Positions 19,725-30,142 of a DNA stretch of 64,000 nt are shown in pieces (within the stretch, counting starts at the first letter, position 1; every line of letters starts with the position of its first letter). A program made the position numbers and the translations under genes. A model generated the notes under the pieces. It did no database searches. It saw only the letters and a list, made by a program, of their open reading frames with translations, and was not told the origin of the DNA. The stretch is taken from positions 6,493-70,492 of the forward strand of contig CAZROP010000004.1 of the NCBI GenBank assembly GCA_964601935.1, written 5' to 3'. The stretch comes from an uncultured Candidatus Saccharibacteria bacterium (lineage in GTDB: Bacteria > Patescibacteriota > Minisyncoccia > Phycocordibacterales > UBA1006).

Positions 19725-19985
19725 TTACTCAGTATCCCGATAAGTGGTATCGTTAATTGGATTGGATCGATGAAACTCCTGAGTATTAGCGCGTGGTGAC
19801 TCTGAACGTGGCATAGTCAATGAGGCCAGTACATAAAAAATTACACACGGTATAATACCTGTAAATATTAGTAAAAATACAAATATCACGCGTACCACCG
19901 TTGCATCTATATCAAAGTATTCTGCAATTCCACCCAATACTCCAGACACCCTTTTATTATGTTGTGATTTTATAAGTCGTTTCAT
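19725..19985 (-). CDS. PspC domain protein
   Basis: MKRLIKSQHNKRVSGVLGGIAEYFDIDATVVR...Y...MP. Confidence 0.9.
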   Translation of the reverse strand: MKRLIKSQHNKRVSGVLGGIAEYFDIDATVVRVIFVFLLIFTGIIPCVIFYVLASLTMPRSESPRANTQEFHRSNPINDTTYRDTE

Positions 19986-20021
19986 ATAGATATATTGTAA
20001 CACTATGCATCAGTAAACTCT

Positions 20022-20975
20022 TTAGAATTTGCAGATTTGTACACATTGTTTCGTACAGATCTCTGCATTAGGATTATGTCGACAAGCCGACGCACAGTCT
20101 TCCCAGATTCCTTTTATATTAGTACAAGAAAGTTCACCTAGGCCCGTACACTCATTATAGGTATTATCCCATGTGCCACCCTCGCGTACACAGGCAACTG
20201 CCGCGACAGGCTTGGTAATGTCAGGATTATCAATAATATTATTTAGGGCGCTTGCGATTTTAAAAGTAATACGATAATCAGAAGACGTTATCTGAATTTT
20301 TGATTTGGGTGCAGGCTCAATCTTTGAGAGAGATATTTCGTAGTCTTTGTAGCGTAATGGTGCTCCATCAGATCTATAGGTGATTGCTTCAGATTTATCG
20401 TCAATTGACAGCATCAAAGAGGTTGTAATAGTACCTGCCGCAATACACTGAACATCGAGTGGGCAGCGGCTATCGGCTGTTACCGAATTCAGTTTTATCG
20501 ACAATCCCAGTCCTGATCCTGTTTGCCCAGGCTTGAGAGTAATTTCTTCTGGCCCCATCACGCGACCACCCGAAGTTGGTGCCACCTGAACGCTACTCAC
20601 CGCGAATATATTACCTGTCGTGAACTGACCTTTCACAGTGGCTACTGCGCCAACTGATACATTACTAGTATTTACTAATTCTACTTTGAGTGGGACTATG
20701 TAGGGTTCTTTCGCATTAGGCAGCGCAGATTGAGTATGTAGATACCATTCGCCTGTAGGAGATTTCTGCAAAGTACCAGTGAGTTCTACTCCGGAACATG
20801 GTTTGAATTCACACTGTAGCCCAGAACGTCCTACAGAGGAACCATCTGGACATATCAGAGCCTCTTGTGTGCAGGCAACCTGTTCCGTAGATGTTGGGGA
20901 TTGTGTTCTCCAGATGAGTACCGCCCCGATGACGATGATTGCGAGAAGAATGGAAATACTATCTTTTGTTTTCAT
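20022..20975 (-). CDS. Membrane-anchored Cys-rich surface protein
   Basis: N-terminal TM; ACTQEALICPDGSSVGR...CEFKPC motif; DSRCP.DVQCI..G; Cys-rich C-terminus. Confidence 0.8.
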   Translation of the reverse strand: MKTKDSISILLAIIVIGAVLIWRTQSPTSTEQVACTQEALICPDGSSVGRSGLQCEFKPCSGVELTGTLQKSPTGEWYLHTQSALPNAKEPYIVPLKVELVNTSNVSVGAVATVKGQFTTGNIFAVSSVQVAPTSGGRVMGPEEITLKPGQTGSGLGLSIKLNSVTADSRCPLDVQCIAAGTITTSLMLSIDDKSEAITYRSDGAPLRYKDYEISLSKIEPAPKSKIQITSSDYRITFKIASALNNIIDNPDITKPVAAVACVREGGTWDNTYNECTGLGELSCTNIKGIWEDCASACRHNPNAEICTKQCVQICKF

Positions 20976-21127
20976 ATATGTACAGTATACATCAATAACA
21001 ATAACTCGTACACAGAGGGGCGTTGTCACAGGATATATACATGAACGTAATACTAGTGTGAGAACTAAGTACTGGTCATACCTTTCCCATCCTCTTTATA
21101 AGAGTTTTAACTTTAACCATATTACCT

Positions 21128-21649
21128 ATGAACACAGTAACTGGAATATTTAACAAAAGAACTGACGCAGAAAATGCTATTACAGAAATTAACAAACTCG
21201 GTGTTTCTGGAGAAGACATTTCCTATGTCTTCATGGACAAAGATTCCAAAATGGTCGATGGACATGCTGCTGACAGCACTAGTGTAGGCGAAGGTATTTC
21301 AGCAGGCGCTACGACAGGCTTGATGATTGGTGCAGTTGCGGGTCTAGTTGTCGCCTCAGGAATATTACCAGGGCTTGGCGCATTATTTGTTGCCGGCCCC
21401 CTGGCGGCTGCCCTGGGACTGACGGGGGCTGTTGCGACTACTGTTGCAGGAGCGTTAACAGGCGCTGCAGCTGGCGGATTAGTTGGTGCACTGGTCGGCC
21501 TCGGTGTGAGCGAATCTGACGCAGCGATGTATCAAGAAGAGCTTAAGAAGGGAGGAATACTCGTTGTTGCCCGCTCGGAACAGAGTGGCCTCGGGGAAAT
21601 ATTTACAAGATTCGGAGCACTCGAAGTTCGTGAGTACAGCTCTGAATAA
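21128..21649 (+). CDS. General stress protein (YflT-like, glycine zipper)
   Basis: V.GIF..R.DAE.AI..L...G; Gly/Ala-rich AGPLAAALG...GALVGLGV.E..A..Y...L..GG.LV. Confidence 0.8.
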   Translation: MNTVTGIFNKRTDAENAITEINKLGVSGEDISYVFMDKDSKMVDGHAADSTSVGEGISAGATTGLMIGAVAGLVVASGILPGLGALFVAGPLAAALGLTGAVATTVAGALTGAAAGGLVGALVGLGVSESDAAMYQEELKKGGILVVARSEQSGLGEIFTRFGALEVREYSSE

Positions 21650-21688
21650 TGACGTACACGATTGCTGTATATTCAAGTATTAAAGCTC

Positions 21689-21722
21689 AAAACTAAAACC
21701 GCTCATATGCGGTTTTAGTTTT
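21689..21722. terminator. Bidirectional intrinsic terminator
   Basis: AAAACTAAAACCGC-TCATAT-GCGGTTTTAGTTTT. Confidence 0.8.
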
Positions 21723-21776
21723 AGGTAACACCACTAATAGTATTGGGTGTTTTAATATACATACCGAGAGAGCCTA

Positions 21777-22337
21777 TTATTCTGACTTCTCACACACAAT
21801 ACCTGCGTAATGTATGGGTGAATATTTTTGTGTTGTGTCCGGAACAAGTACCCCTTCCCGCTCTATCAATGGATAGCGTAGTTTAGTTACTCCTATCTCT
21901 GAACCCGGGCCATACCTACCCTGTGGGCCACGAACCTTCTGATAAATCTCAAGCTCACGGTTACGCGAACCTTCAACCACGTAATCAAATACTACTTCTA
22001 GTGCTCCCCCACGGCCAATCACACCTGATAGTGTGCCTTCGTAGCCGTTGGTCATATCTGGGCCGGATTGTGTTCCGCGCTTTACTCCTGTGAAGCGGCC
22101 ATCTTTTTGTTGTATTAACTCAATGTATTCGCGTACTGTGTAGGGGGCTTTTGTTGTGGCAGCATGATAATGTATATAACACTTCTTTTTGGGAGTATGT
22201 GCGAACCGAACCTGAATCACATCAATATGCATAATGAGGTACACAACGAATATACAAGAAATACCTACCCACAGCCACGATAACACATTTCGTCTCCTTA
22301 TGAGATAGAACCAGGTTAGGATATTTTCCTTTTTCAT
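21777..22337 (-). CDS. Hypothetical membrane-anchored protein
   Basis: 186-aa ORF with one TM; TATACT 6 nt upstream of the ATG. Confidence 0.75.
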   Translation of the reverse strand: MKKENILTWFYLIRRRNVLSWLWVGISCIFVVYLIMHIDVIQVRFAHTPKKKCYIHYHAATTKAPYTVREYIELIQQKDGRFTGVKRGTQSGPDMTNGYEGTLSGVIGRGGALEVVFDYVVEGSRNRELEIYQKVRGPQGRYGPGSEIGVTKLRYPLIEREGVLVPDTTQKYSPIHYAGIVCEKSE

Positions 22338-22453
22338 GAGCCTAGTATATCACACTATTTAGTAGCTATGTCAAATTAAGCGAAATGCTTATGGTCCTGA
22401 CTTGCGCGCAAGGATATTTGTATTAACCGTAGCATCAGGGTATACTTTGCCCT

Positions 22454-24199
22454 ATGAATGAATCGATTGAACATGTTCGCCATAGTTTGGCGCATCTCAT
22501 GGCAGCGGCAGTTGTCAAAATGTATCCTGATGCGCAGCTGACCCTGGGCCCCGCTGTAGACGACGGATTTTACTATGACGTACACTTTCCTACGACCAAG
22601 CCTACCGAATCCGACCTATCAAACATAGAATCAGTCATGCGTGAATTATTGCCTACATGGCATGGATTTTCACGCCTCGATGTTACAGCTGATGAAGCAC
22701 GATCGCGATTTGCCGGCAATATATTCAAGCTCGAATTAATTGATGGAATCGTAGAGCGTGGTGAAGATATAACTCTGTATCAGTCAGGAGATTTTGTCGA
22801 TTTGTGTCGCGGTGGACATGTGACTGATATGGCAAGTGTTGATCCAGAATGCTTCAAGCTACATCGTATTGCGGGTGCCTATTGGCGCGGAGATGAAAAT
22901 AACCAGATGCTTACCCGTATTTACGGTCTTGCCTTTGCGACAGCAGAGGACTTGAAAACAGAGCTGTGGCGTCGTGAGGAGGCTGAAAAACGCGACCATA
23001 GAAAGATCGGCAAGGAGCAGAAATTATTCACTGTATCAGAACTAGTCGGCGCAGGGTTGCCGCTGATGCAGCCTCGCGGAATGATAATTAGAAAAGAGAT
23101 CGAGGACTATCTTTGGGAGCTACACCACACCAAGGGTTATAGCAGAGTATGGACACCTCATATCGCAAAAGAGGTCTTGTACGAAACCTCAGGCCATGCC
23201 GCAAAGTTTGGCGATGAGTTATTCCGTGTTCAAGGTAAAGAAGAATCGTTTATAATGAAGCCAATGAACTGCCCGCATCATATGCAGTTATTTGCTGATA
23301 ATCAGTTTTCTTACCGGGACATGCCCGTACGTTATTTCGAACCAGCCACCATCTATCGTGATGAAAAGTCAGGGCAACTGTCGGGCTTGACTCGCGTACG
23401 ATCTATTACTCAAGATGACGGACATTTATTCTGCCGAATGAGCCAGATAAAGCAGGAAGCATCAGTAATAGCACAGATCATAAAAGAGTTCTACACAACT
23501 ATGGGAATGCTCGACGGCTACTGGGTACGATTATCCACTCGAGGAGAAGACAAGAGTATGTATATAGGAACAGAGGAAAACTGGGATATTGCGGAATCAA
23601 TTCTGGAAGAAGCAGCCCAACTCAATGGATTAAATTATAAAGCCGGCCCAGGAGAAGCTGCATTTTATGGGCCAAAACTAGATTTTATGTTCCAAGACGC
23701 AATTGGGCGTGAATGGCAACTGGCTACTATACAGTGTGACTTTAATCTGCCGGAACGTTTTGATCTATCATTTGTAAACGAAAAAGGTGAGAAAGAGCGA
23801 CCAGTAGTGATCCACAGGGCAATATCTGGATCACTAGAGAGGTTCATGGGAGTTATGATCGAGCACTTTGGTGGAGCATTCCCCGTATGGCTGGCACCTG
23901 TTCAGGTTGCAGTCTTGCCCATTAGCGGTGACAAACATGGGGAGTATGCGGAAACCATAGCCGCCGCACTAGCTGGTGCGGGTATACGCGTAGAGATATC
24001 GCGCGACGAAACCCTGGGCAAACGTATCCGTAATGCAAAAATAATGAAAATTCCCTACCAGATCGTAGTCGGCGACCAGGAGCAAGATACTAATACAGTA
24101 ACGGTGGAGGGTCGTAACGATCTTAAATTACCAGGAATTCCGCTGGCTGATTTCACACAGAGAATCCTGGGCGAAATCACAGGGCGAGTTTTAAATTAG
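22454..24199 (+). CDS. thrS: Threonine--tRNA ligase
   Basis: RHSLAH, DLCRGGH, RDHRKIG, KPMNCP, GLTRVR, AFYGPKLD, IHRAI.GS.ERF. Confidence 0.98.
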   Translation: MNESIEHVRHSLAHLMAAAVVKMYPDAQLTLGPAVDDGFYYDVHFPTTKPTESDLSNIESVMRELLPTWHGFSRLDVTADEARSRFAGNIFKLELIDGIVERGEDITLYQSGDFVDLCRGGHVTDMASVDPECFKLHRIAGAYWRGDENNQMLTRIYGLAFATAEDLKTELWRREEAEKRDHRKIGKEQKLFTVSELVGAGLPLMQPRGMIIRKEIEDYLWELHHTKGYSRVWTPHIAKEVLYETSGHAAKFGDELFRVQGKEESFIMKPMNCPHHMQLFADNQFSYRDMPVRYFEPATIYRDEKSGQLSGLTRVRSITQDDGHLFCRMSQIKQEASVIAQIIKEFYTTMGMLDGYWVRLSTRGEDKSMYIGTEENWDIAESILEEAAQLNGLNYKAGPGEAAFYGPKLDFMFQDAIGREWQLATIQCDFNLPERFDLSFVNEKGEKERPVVIHRAISGSLERFMGVMIEHFGGAFPVWLAPVQVAVLPISGDKHGEYAETIAAALAGAGIRVEISRDETLGKRIRNAKIMKIPYQIVVGDQEQDTNTVTVEGRNDLKLPGIPLADFTQRILGEITGRVLN

Positions 24200-24251
24200 C
24201 GTACCGCTCAGATAGAGGCAACATTTTATTTTTCTGGTATACTATAACTGT

Positions 24252-24446
24252 ATGAACAATAACTCATTCTATAACATTGTCGCTCTTCTGCATGTTCTGC
24301 AGAAAAACCTTTATCAAATAGATGAGTACTATTTACCCCAGGCCAGTAATGAAGGAGAGCGCGTGTTTTACCGCAATCTCAAGATGGATCACGAGAACCA
24401 TATCAAAGAGCTCACCCAGCTGATGAGTGAGTACACTACCAAATAG
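24252..24446 (+). CDS. Small helical hypothetical protein
   Basis: 64-aa ORF; TATACT 8 nt upstream; followed by a terminator. Confidence 0.65.
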   Translation: MNNNSFYNIVALLHVLQKNLYQIDEYYLPQASNEGERVFYRNLKMDHENHIKELTQLMSEYTTK

Positions 24447-24470
24447 GCTATACCTTCAAAAACTATACCA

Positions 24471-24510
24471 TATACAATAAACCCTGCTCATGAGCAGGGT
24501 TTATTGTATA
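24471..24510. terminator. Bidirectional terminator (perfect palindrome)
   Basis: TATACAATAAACCCTGCTCATGAGCAGGGTTTATTGTATA. Confidence 0.8.
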
Positions 24511-24523
24511 TACAGTAACTCTT

Positions 24524-26662
24524 TTACACATCTACCTCCGCCATTGTGGCATTGGTCTGAATAAATGCCTTGCGCGATGGTACATCGTTACCCATCAATG
24601 TACTGAATATTTGATCAGCTATCAGAGTATCCTGAATCGTGACCTGCTTCAGGATACGTCGAGCAGGGTCCATGGTAGTCTCCCATAGCTCTTCTGCGTT
24701 CATTTCTCCGAGACCCTTGTATCTCTGCAATCCCGTAATTCCAGCAGCCTTCAGCTTGCCCTTATCCTCGTCACTGAGTTCCGCTGACGACTCCCCTTCA
24801 TCGCCACTGCTGATATCTACCTCGGGCTCAGGAGCTTTTACTATCTTGCCTGCTGATTTTTTTGGATTCTTTAATGCTTCTTGATATAGAGTTTCAATAA
24901 TACTGAACTTTTCTTCATCGTTATATGCGTAATATAAATCCTTTCCGCGCTTGATTTTGTACAAAGGTGGTTGGGCAATATAGATATAGCCCGCGTCAAT
25001 CAGTGGGCGCATATGACGATAGAACAATGTCAGCAGGAGCGTACAAATATGACTGCCGTCCACGTCGGCATCTGTTGCGATAATAATCTTGTGATAGCGG
25101 ACATTTTCAATGTCAAAGGTATCTCCAATACTAGTACCGAATGCAATGATCATGTTTTTTACTTCTTGATTCCCTAGCATTCTATCCATGCGTGCACGCT
25201 CTACGTTCAAGGGCTTTCCTCGCAGCGGCAATATAGCCTGGGTCCGCCTATCACGCCCCTGCTTTGCAGTTCCACCCGCAGAGTCTCCCTCTACTATAAA
25301 TAGCTCTGATTCATCAGCCTTCTTGGACTGACAGTCAGTGAGCTTGCCAGGTAACGACATACCTTCTAGAGCACCCTTTCGCATAATAGACTCTTTTGCT
25401 GCCTTTGCTGCCTTGCGGGCACGCAAAGCTAACACCATCTTTTTCATGATGTCCTTAGCATCTTCAGTATTTTTTTCGAGGAATTCTTCGAATGCTTCCC
25501 CTACCACTGTTTCTACGGCCCCACGAGCTTCGGGAGAACCCAGTTTGTCTTTGGTCTGCCCCTCGAACTGAATCTCAGGCATTTTGACTGATATTACCGC
25601 GACCATACCTTCTAGGATATCTGCACCATCGAATGTCCCCTCTTTGTCGGTGAGGACTTTGTTTTTAGTGGCATATTTATTGATTAGGCGCGTCAAAGCT
25701 GTTTTGAACCCAGTCACATGCATACCCCCTCCTGGAGTAGAGATATTATTTGCGAATGCAATAATTTTCGTACTCATGTCATCGACGTACCGCAAGGCAC
25801 ATTCTACGATAATATCTCCCGTCTGCTTTTCAACGTAGAATATATTTTTATGCACGGGATCTTCGTTCATTGTATAGTGACGGACCATAGACACTACTCC
25901 CCCTTCGAAATAATAGGTCACTGATGGCGCGGATAGCTCCAAATCATCACGTACCCAAATCACTGATTCGTGAGGAATTGGGCTAGTAACTTCGCGAGCA
26001 TCTACCAGGGTAATACGCAAATTTTTGACCAGATACGCCTGTTCGCGATAGTGTGACACGATACGGTTCCAGGTAAAATTTACGGATGAAAATATAGTTG
26101 CATCAGGCTTGAAACATACTACTGTACCTGTTTCGTCTGATGAGCCTAGTTTTTTCGTATCCGCTTTGGGTTTTCCAATATGATATTCCTGGAAAAACTC
26201 TCCTCCTTCTCGTCGAGAACGCACCCACAGATGTTCTGATAACGCATTCACCACCGATGCTCCCACACCGTGCAGACCTCCCGATATTTTGTACCCTCCG
26301 TCACCGAACTTTCCTCCTGCATGGAGAACAGTCATGATTGTTTCTAGGGCTGACTTGCCTGTTTTGGTCATGATGCCTACAGGGATACCGCGACCGTTAT
26401 CGGCAACGCGCACATATCCATCAGGCAGTAGCGTCACCTCTATATGGTCACAATGACCTGCCATGGCCTCGTCGCGACTGTTATCAAATATTTCCTTGAT
26501 CATGTGGTGAAGCCCATCAGGTCCGGTAGACCCAATATACATTCCAGGGCGTTTACGCACTGGTTCCAACCCTTCCAGGACAGTGATGCTATCTGCGCTA
26601 TAATTTTCGTCAGTTGCCGACTGGCTGTCATGGGTGGCTTTTGCTGATTTCTTTGCTGGCAT
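24524..26662 (-). CDS. gyrB: DNA gyrase subunit B
   Basis: LEGLEPVRKRPGMYIGST, GGLHGVGASVVNALS, IVEGDSAGG, PLRGK, TDADVDG, QRYKGLGEMN; start reassigned to MPAKK. Confidence 0.97.
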   Translation of the reverse strand: MPAKKSAKATHDSQSATDENYSADSITVLEGLEPVRKRPGMYIGSTGPDGLHHMIKEIFDNSRDEAMAGHCDHIEVTLLPDGYVRVADNGRGIPVGIMTKTGKSALETIMTVLHAGGKFGDGGYKISGGLHGVGASVVNALSEHLWVRSRREGGEFFQEYHIGKPKADTKKLGSSDETGTVVCFKPDATIFSSVNFTWNRIVSHYREQAYLVKNLRITLVDAREVTSPIPHESVIWVRDDLELSAPSVTYYFEGGVVSMVRHYTMNEDPVHKNIFYVEKQTGDIIVECALRYVDDMSTKIIAFANNISTPGGGMHVTGFKTALTRLINKYATKNKVLTDKEGTFDGADILEGMVAVISVKMPEIQFEGQTKDKLGSPEARGAVETVVGEAFEEFLEKNTEDAKDIMKKMVLALRARKAAKAAKESIMRKGALEGMSLPGKLTDCQSKKADESELFIVEGDSAGGTAKQGRDRRTQAILPLRGKPLNVERARMDRMLGNQEVKNMIIAFGTSIGDTFDIENVRYHKIIIATDADVDGSHICTLLLTLFYRHMRPLIDAGYIYIAQPPLYKIKRGKDLYYAYNDEEKFSIIETLYQEALKNPKKSAGKIVKAPEPEVDISSGDEGESSAELSDEDKGKLKAAGITGLQRYKGLGEMNAEELWETTMDPARRILKQVTIQDTLIADQIFSTLMGNDVPSRKAFIQTNATMAEVDV

Positions 26663-26723
26663 ATCTGGTCTAGTATAGCATATACCTGCCAGGTTTTCAT
26701 CTTGAAAATTCACAAAATATGAC

Positions 26724-27755
26724 TTATAAACTCTTCTTAAACTCACAGACCATAATTCGGGGATAGATGTAAGATTGCACCGAGGTCACTATTTTGAGAT
26801 CAAAAGACTGTGTGATCCGCAACACCGACTGATCTAGCAACTGCTGTAATAACACATGCTCCGTTGTATACACTACTATTCGCCCGCCCGGGTTCAGCCT
26901 GGCCACACAATAATCAACAAAAGAGCTATAGAACGACTCTAAATTGATATCTTTCCCTATCTGCATACCAAATGGCAAGTCAGCAACAATCACGTCGAAC
27001 ATGCCGAGATTAGGAAGCTCCTTCAGGTCTGCTGTTTTAATCTCTACCGATTGGATTAACCCAGCTTTTTTTATGTTGCGCACAGCTGCTGTGTTTGCCT
27101 TGGTGTTTATATCAAACCCAACTAACTTGAGCTTGCTATTACTCAACCCGGCTTCAATTAACAATATTCCACTTCCCGAGCATACATTGAGATACGATGA
27201 CACTGCATCCAGCCTACAGAGTCTATTCATAGCATACGCTACAGTTGGATTCAGACCACCCTGAATATGTTCAACTCGGTAATCGCGTACTGACAATGGT
27301 CGCGCTGTGGTACGAACGCCTATCTCCCAGACCTCTTCTACTTTTCCTATATATACTTCCAGGTCGGCGTCTTCTACTGGAACTAATTTGAAATGCTCCT
27401 GTATATAATCACGTATTTCTACTACTTCAGAAGAGTCACCACCAGCACAACTCAGGCGATAGGTTTTAAACGTATCCTTGCTACCCTCCGTAACCCATGC
27501 CACGAGCGAGCCAAGTACAGATTTATGATTAGAAATATACTTTGGATTATATTTTGTATCTCTCTGGATTAAATAGACGGAAATAACACTTCTCAATGAT
27601 TTCAATTGAGAAATTTCATAATCTGGAGGACATTCGATATATACCGCAATGGTACTGCGCGCCATGATGCGAACATCTTTGAAGCTTTTTAATTCCTCCA
27701 AGACAAATTGTTGCAACCCTTCAATGTAGGTGCATTTTAAAACAAGAGGGTCCAT
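26724..27755 (-). CDS. RNA methyltransferase (UPF0020/THUMP-type)
   Basis: LSVRDYR...GGLNPTVAYAM, NVCSGSGILLIEA, GFDIN, DLPFG. Confidence 0.85.
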   Translation of the reverse strand: MDPLVLKCTYIEGLQQFVLEELKSFKDVRIMARSTIAVYIECPPDYEISQLKSLRSVISVYLIQRDTKYNPKYISNHKSVLGSLVAWVTEGSKDTFKTYRLSCAGGDSSEVVEIRDYIQEHFKLVPVEDADLEVYIGKVEEVWEIGVRTTARPLSVRDYRVEHIQGGLNPTVAYAMNRLCRLDAVSSYLNVCSGSGILLIEAGLSNSKLKLVGFDINTKANTAAVRNIKKAGLIQSVEIKTADLKELPNLGMFDVIVADLPFGMQIGKDINLESFYSSFVDYCVARLNPGGRIVVYTTEHVLLQQLLDQSVLRITQSFDLKIVTSVQSYIYPRIMVCEFKKSL

Positions 27756-27828
27756 AACAATTCAATCGGAATACAGCTTACCACACAACGAATTATAAGA
27801 AAACCGCCTCGAAGGCGGAATCTTTTAT

Positions 27829-28191
27829 CTAACTCTTTGGAGTATATTCGTTGGCCTTGGACACAATTGCCTGGAATACGGTTGGGTTATCCTGGGCGAG
27901 TTGTGACATGATCTTTCGGTCTACTCCAATGCTCGCGCGCTTTAGGTTGCCGATGAATTGTGAATAGGTGGTTCCCAATGGTCGAACCGCAGCGTTGATG
28001 CGTACATTCCATAGTTTTCGGAAGTCGTTTTTCTTGTCACGGCGAGCTGCGAACGCATGATTACCGGCATGGTAAATAGCAGTGATCGCTTCGCGTGTTT
28101 TTGTGCTGCGACCATTTCGGTAGCCTTTTACTTGAGCGAGAATATTTTTACGAGCCTTGTTCGCCATGACTCCTCTTTTTACACGTGCCAT
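27829..28191 (-). CDS. rplT: 50S ribosomal protein L20
   Basis: MARVKRG...KGY...FRKLWNVRINAA...DRKIMSQLA. Confidence 0.97.
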   Translation of the reverse strand: MARVKRGVMANKARKNILAQVKGYRNGRSTKTREAITAIYHAGNHAFAARRDKKNDFRKLWNVRINAAVRPLGTTYSQFIGNLKRASIGVDRKIMSQLAQDNPTVFQAIVSKANEYTPKS

Positions 28192-28206
28192 ATAATGATA
28201 GTTAGA

Positions 28207-28428
28207 TTAGGAAACAATTCCCGTTGGCAAGAATCGCGCAACGTCTTTGTTCGACATAGTAAATTCCTGCAACTTTTTGCCGGCCAACTGACGAGAACGA
28301 CTCTGACGAGCGTTAAAGTGAGCACCTCCCGGCTTGCGCCCCAAAATCTTGCCCGTACGGGTGATTTTTAGACGCTTTGCAAACATTTTGTTGGTTTTAT
28401 TACCTTTGTTGGTAAGTTTGGTTCCCAT
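28207..28428 (-). CDS. rpmI: 50S ribosomal protein L35
   Basis: KTNKMFAKRLKITRTGKIL.RKPG..HFN; directly upstream of rplT. Confidence 0.9.
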   Translation of the reverse strand: MGTKLTNKGNKTNKMFAKRLKITRTGKILGRKPGGAHFNARQSRSRQLAGKKLQEFTMSNKDVARFLPTGIVS

Positions 28429-28533
28429 AACAGCACGATACTAACAGAAAATAACGTTAAGCGCAAGTGCATTTTCGCCCCCTCCCCACCTCGCGTGTTG
28501 CCACTTTTGACCACCCTGGTACACTATCAGTAT

Positions 28534-29559
28534 ATGAACACCCCTCCCCGCCTGCTGGCAATCGGCGATACCGTTGTCGATGCATTTATTGAACTAATCG
28601 ATGCACATGTGTCCTGCAAAATTGACCATGCCGGATGTGAATTATCAATGAGATTTGGCGACAAAATACCCTACGCGGATGACTATATACTCTACGGGGT
28701 CGGAAATCCAGCAAATGCTGCTGTATCGTGCGCGCGACTAGGTATACAGTCATCCATAATTACTCATCTAGGGGCTGACGACAATGGAGCAAAAACCATT
28801 GCGCATTTCAAAAATGAGCGCTTGAATATTGATGGCGTAGTAACCGAATTAGGCCAAAAAACAAACTATCATTACGTGCTCTGGTACCGTCCAGAACGTA
28901 CTATTTTGGTCAAACACGAGAACTATAACTATAATTTCCCCGCAGAAATTAGTAACATTACAACACTGCCGGATTGGGTATATTTTTCTTCGCTGGCGGC
29001 TGGGACCGAACAATACCATGCGGATGTTCAACAATGGCTGCAAGAACATCCAGACATACGACTAACATTCCAACCAAATACATTTCAGATGAAGATGGGG
29101 ACCGATGCCCTGGCAGGCATTTATCAGCGAACTGAATTATTTTTTGCCAACGTTGATGAAGGGCAAAGAATATTAGGATTCTCAGAAGATGGCAATCGCG
29201 CTATTGACCATATAAAAGCCCTATTATCCAAATTATACGAACTTGGACCCAAAATTGTTACACTGACTGATGGACCCAAGGGTGCATATACCTATGACGG
29301 AACATCTTATTTATTTTGTCCTATGTACCCCGATACCGCTCCACCGCTCGAGCGAACCGGTGTCGGTGATGCCTATGCGAGTACGTTTACCACATACTAT
29401 GCCCAGGGCAAAAGTATCCATGAATGCATGCTGCGCGCACCTATCAATAGTATGAACGTGGTACAGTATGTTGGCGCCCAAAAAGGATTATTAACAGCAG
29501 AGGAACTGGAAGCATTTTACGCAAAACGTCCGCCTGAATATCAAATTGTCGAATTATAA
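28534..29559 (+). CDS. PfkB family carbohydrate kinase
   Basis: IGDTVVD, G.PANAAV..ARLG, N.DE, TDGPKG, ERTGVGDAY. Confidence 0.9.
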   Translation: MNTPPRLLAIGDTVVDAFIELIDAHVSCKIDHAGCELSMRFGDKIPYADDYILYGVGNPANAAVSCARLGIQSSIITHLGADDNGAKTIAHFKNERLNIDGVVTELGQKTNYHYVLWYRPERTILVKHENYNYNFPAEISNITTLPDWVYFSSLAAGTEQYHADVQQWLQEHPDIRLTFQPNTFQMKMGTDALAGIYQRTELFFANVDEGQRILGFSEDGNRAIDHIKALLSKLYELGPKIVTLTDGPKGAYTYDGTSYLFCPMYPDTAPPLERTGVGDAYASTFTTYYAQGKSIHECMLRAPINSMNVVQYVGAQKGLLTAEELEAFYAKRPPEYQIVEL

Positions 29560-29585
29560 CCTCTATTCAACCAATCATTATTTAT

Positions 29586-30068
29586 ATGGAAAGTTCAACC
29601 CTCTCTTTCAAGCATATTGTTCTCGGGATTATCATTATTACCCTAATAGTCTTTGTTGCAACCTTACCACAACACCCGGCTCCTCCTGATACAGGATTGG
29701 TGCCCACTACCCCGCCACCCGCGACTGCTGCACAGACTGAATACCAGCCCGTGATTACTATTCAAACTGATACTACTGCACCATTATCGGGCATGGTAAC
29801 ATTGCTGGGTACAGGTAAAAATGTATATTTTGAAGGATCCTTCCCCGCCAGCCTAATTAGTAGTTCTGGGGTAGTTGTATGGCAAGGACCCGCTACTGCC
29901 CAGGGTGACTGGATGACTTCGAACCCTGTTCCCTTTATCTTGCCTATAGATACCACAACTATCCCAAATGGTTCCTATATATTGATACTCGAAAAAGATG
30001 ATCCTTCTAATGGCGAAAGCGGTAGGCCGCCGTACGCATTACGTACGCCCATAACGATATCTAACTAA
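29586..30068 (+). CDS. Gmad2 Ig-like domain membrane-anchored protein
   Basis: N-terminal TM; YFEGSFP...A.GDWMT..VPF...L.LEKDDPS. Confidence 0.8.
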   Translation: MESSTLSFKHIVLGIIIITLIVFVATLPQHPAPPDTGLVPTTPPPATAAQTEYQPVITIQTDTTAPLSGMVTLLGTGKNVYFEGSFPASLISSSGVVVWQGPATAQGDWMTSNPVPFILPIDTTTIPNGSYILILEKDDPSNGESGRPPYALRTPITISN

Positions 30069-30142
30069 AATTAGAGCTATCATCTCAAGATCTTAGACAT
30101 AGAAACAACTCCCCGCTCGGGAGTTGTTGTAGCAAATAATTA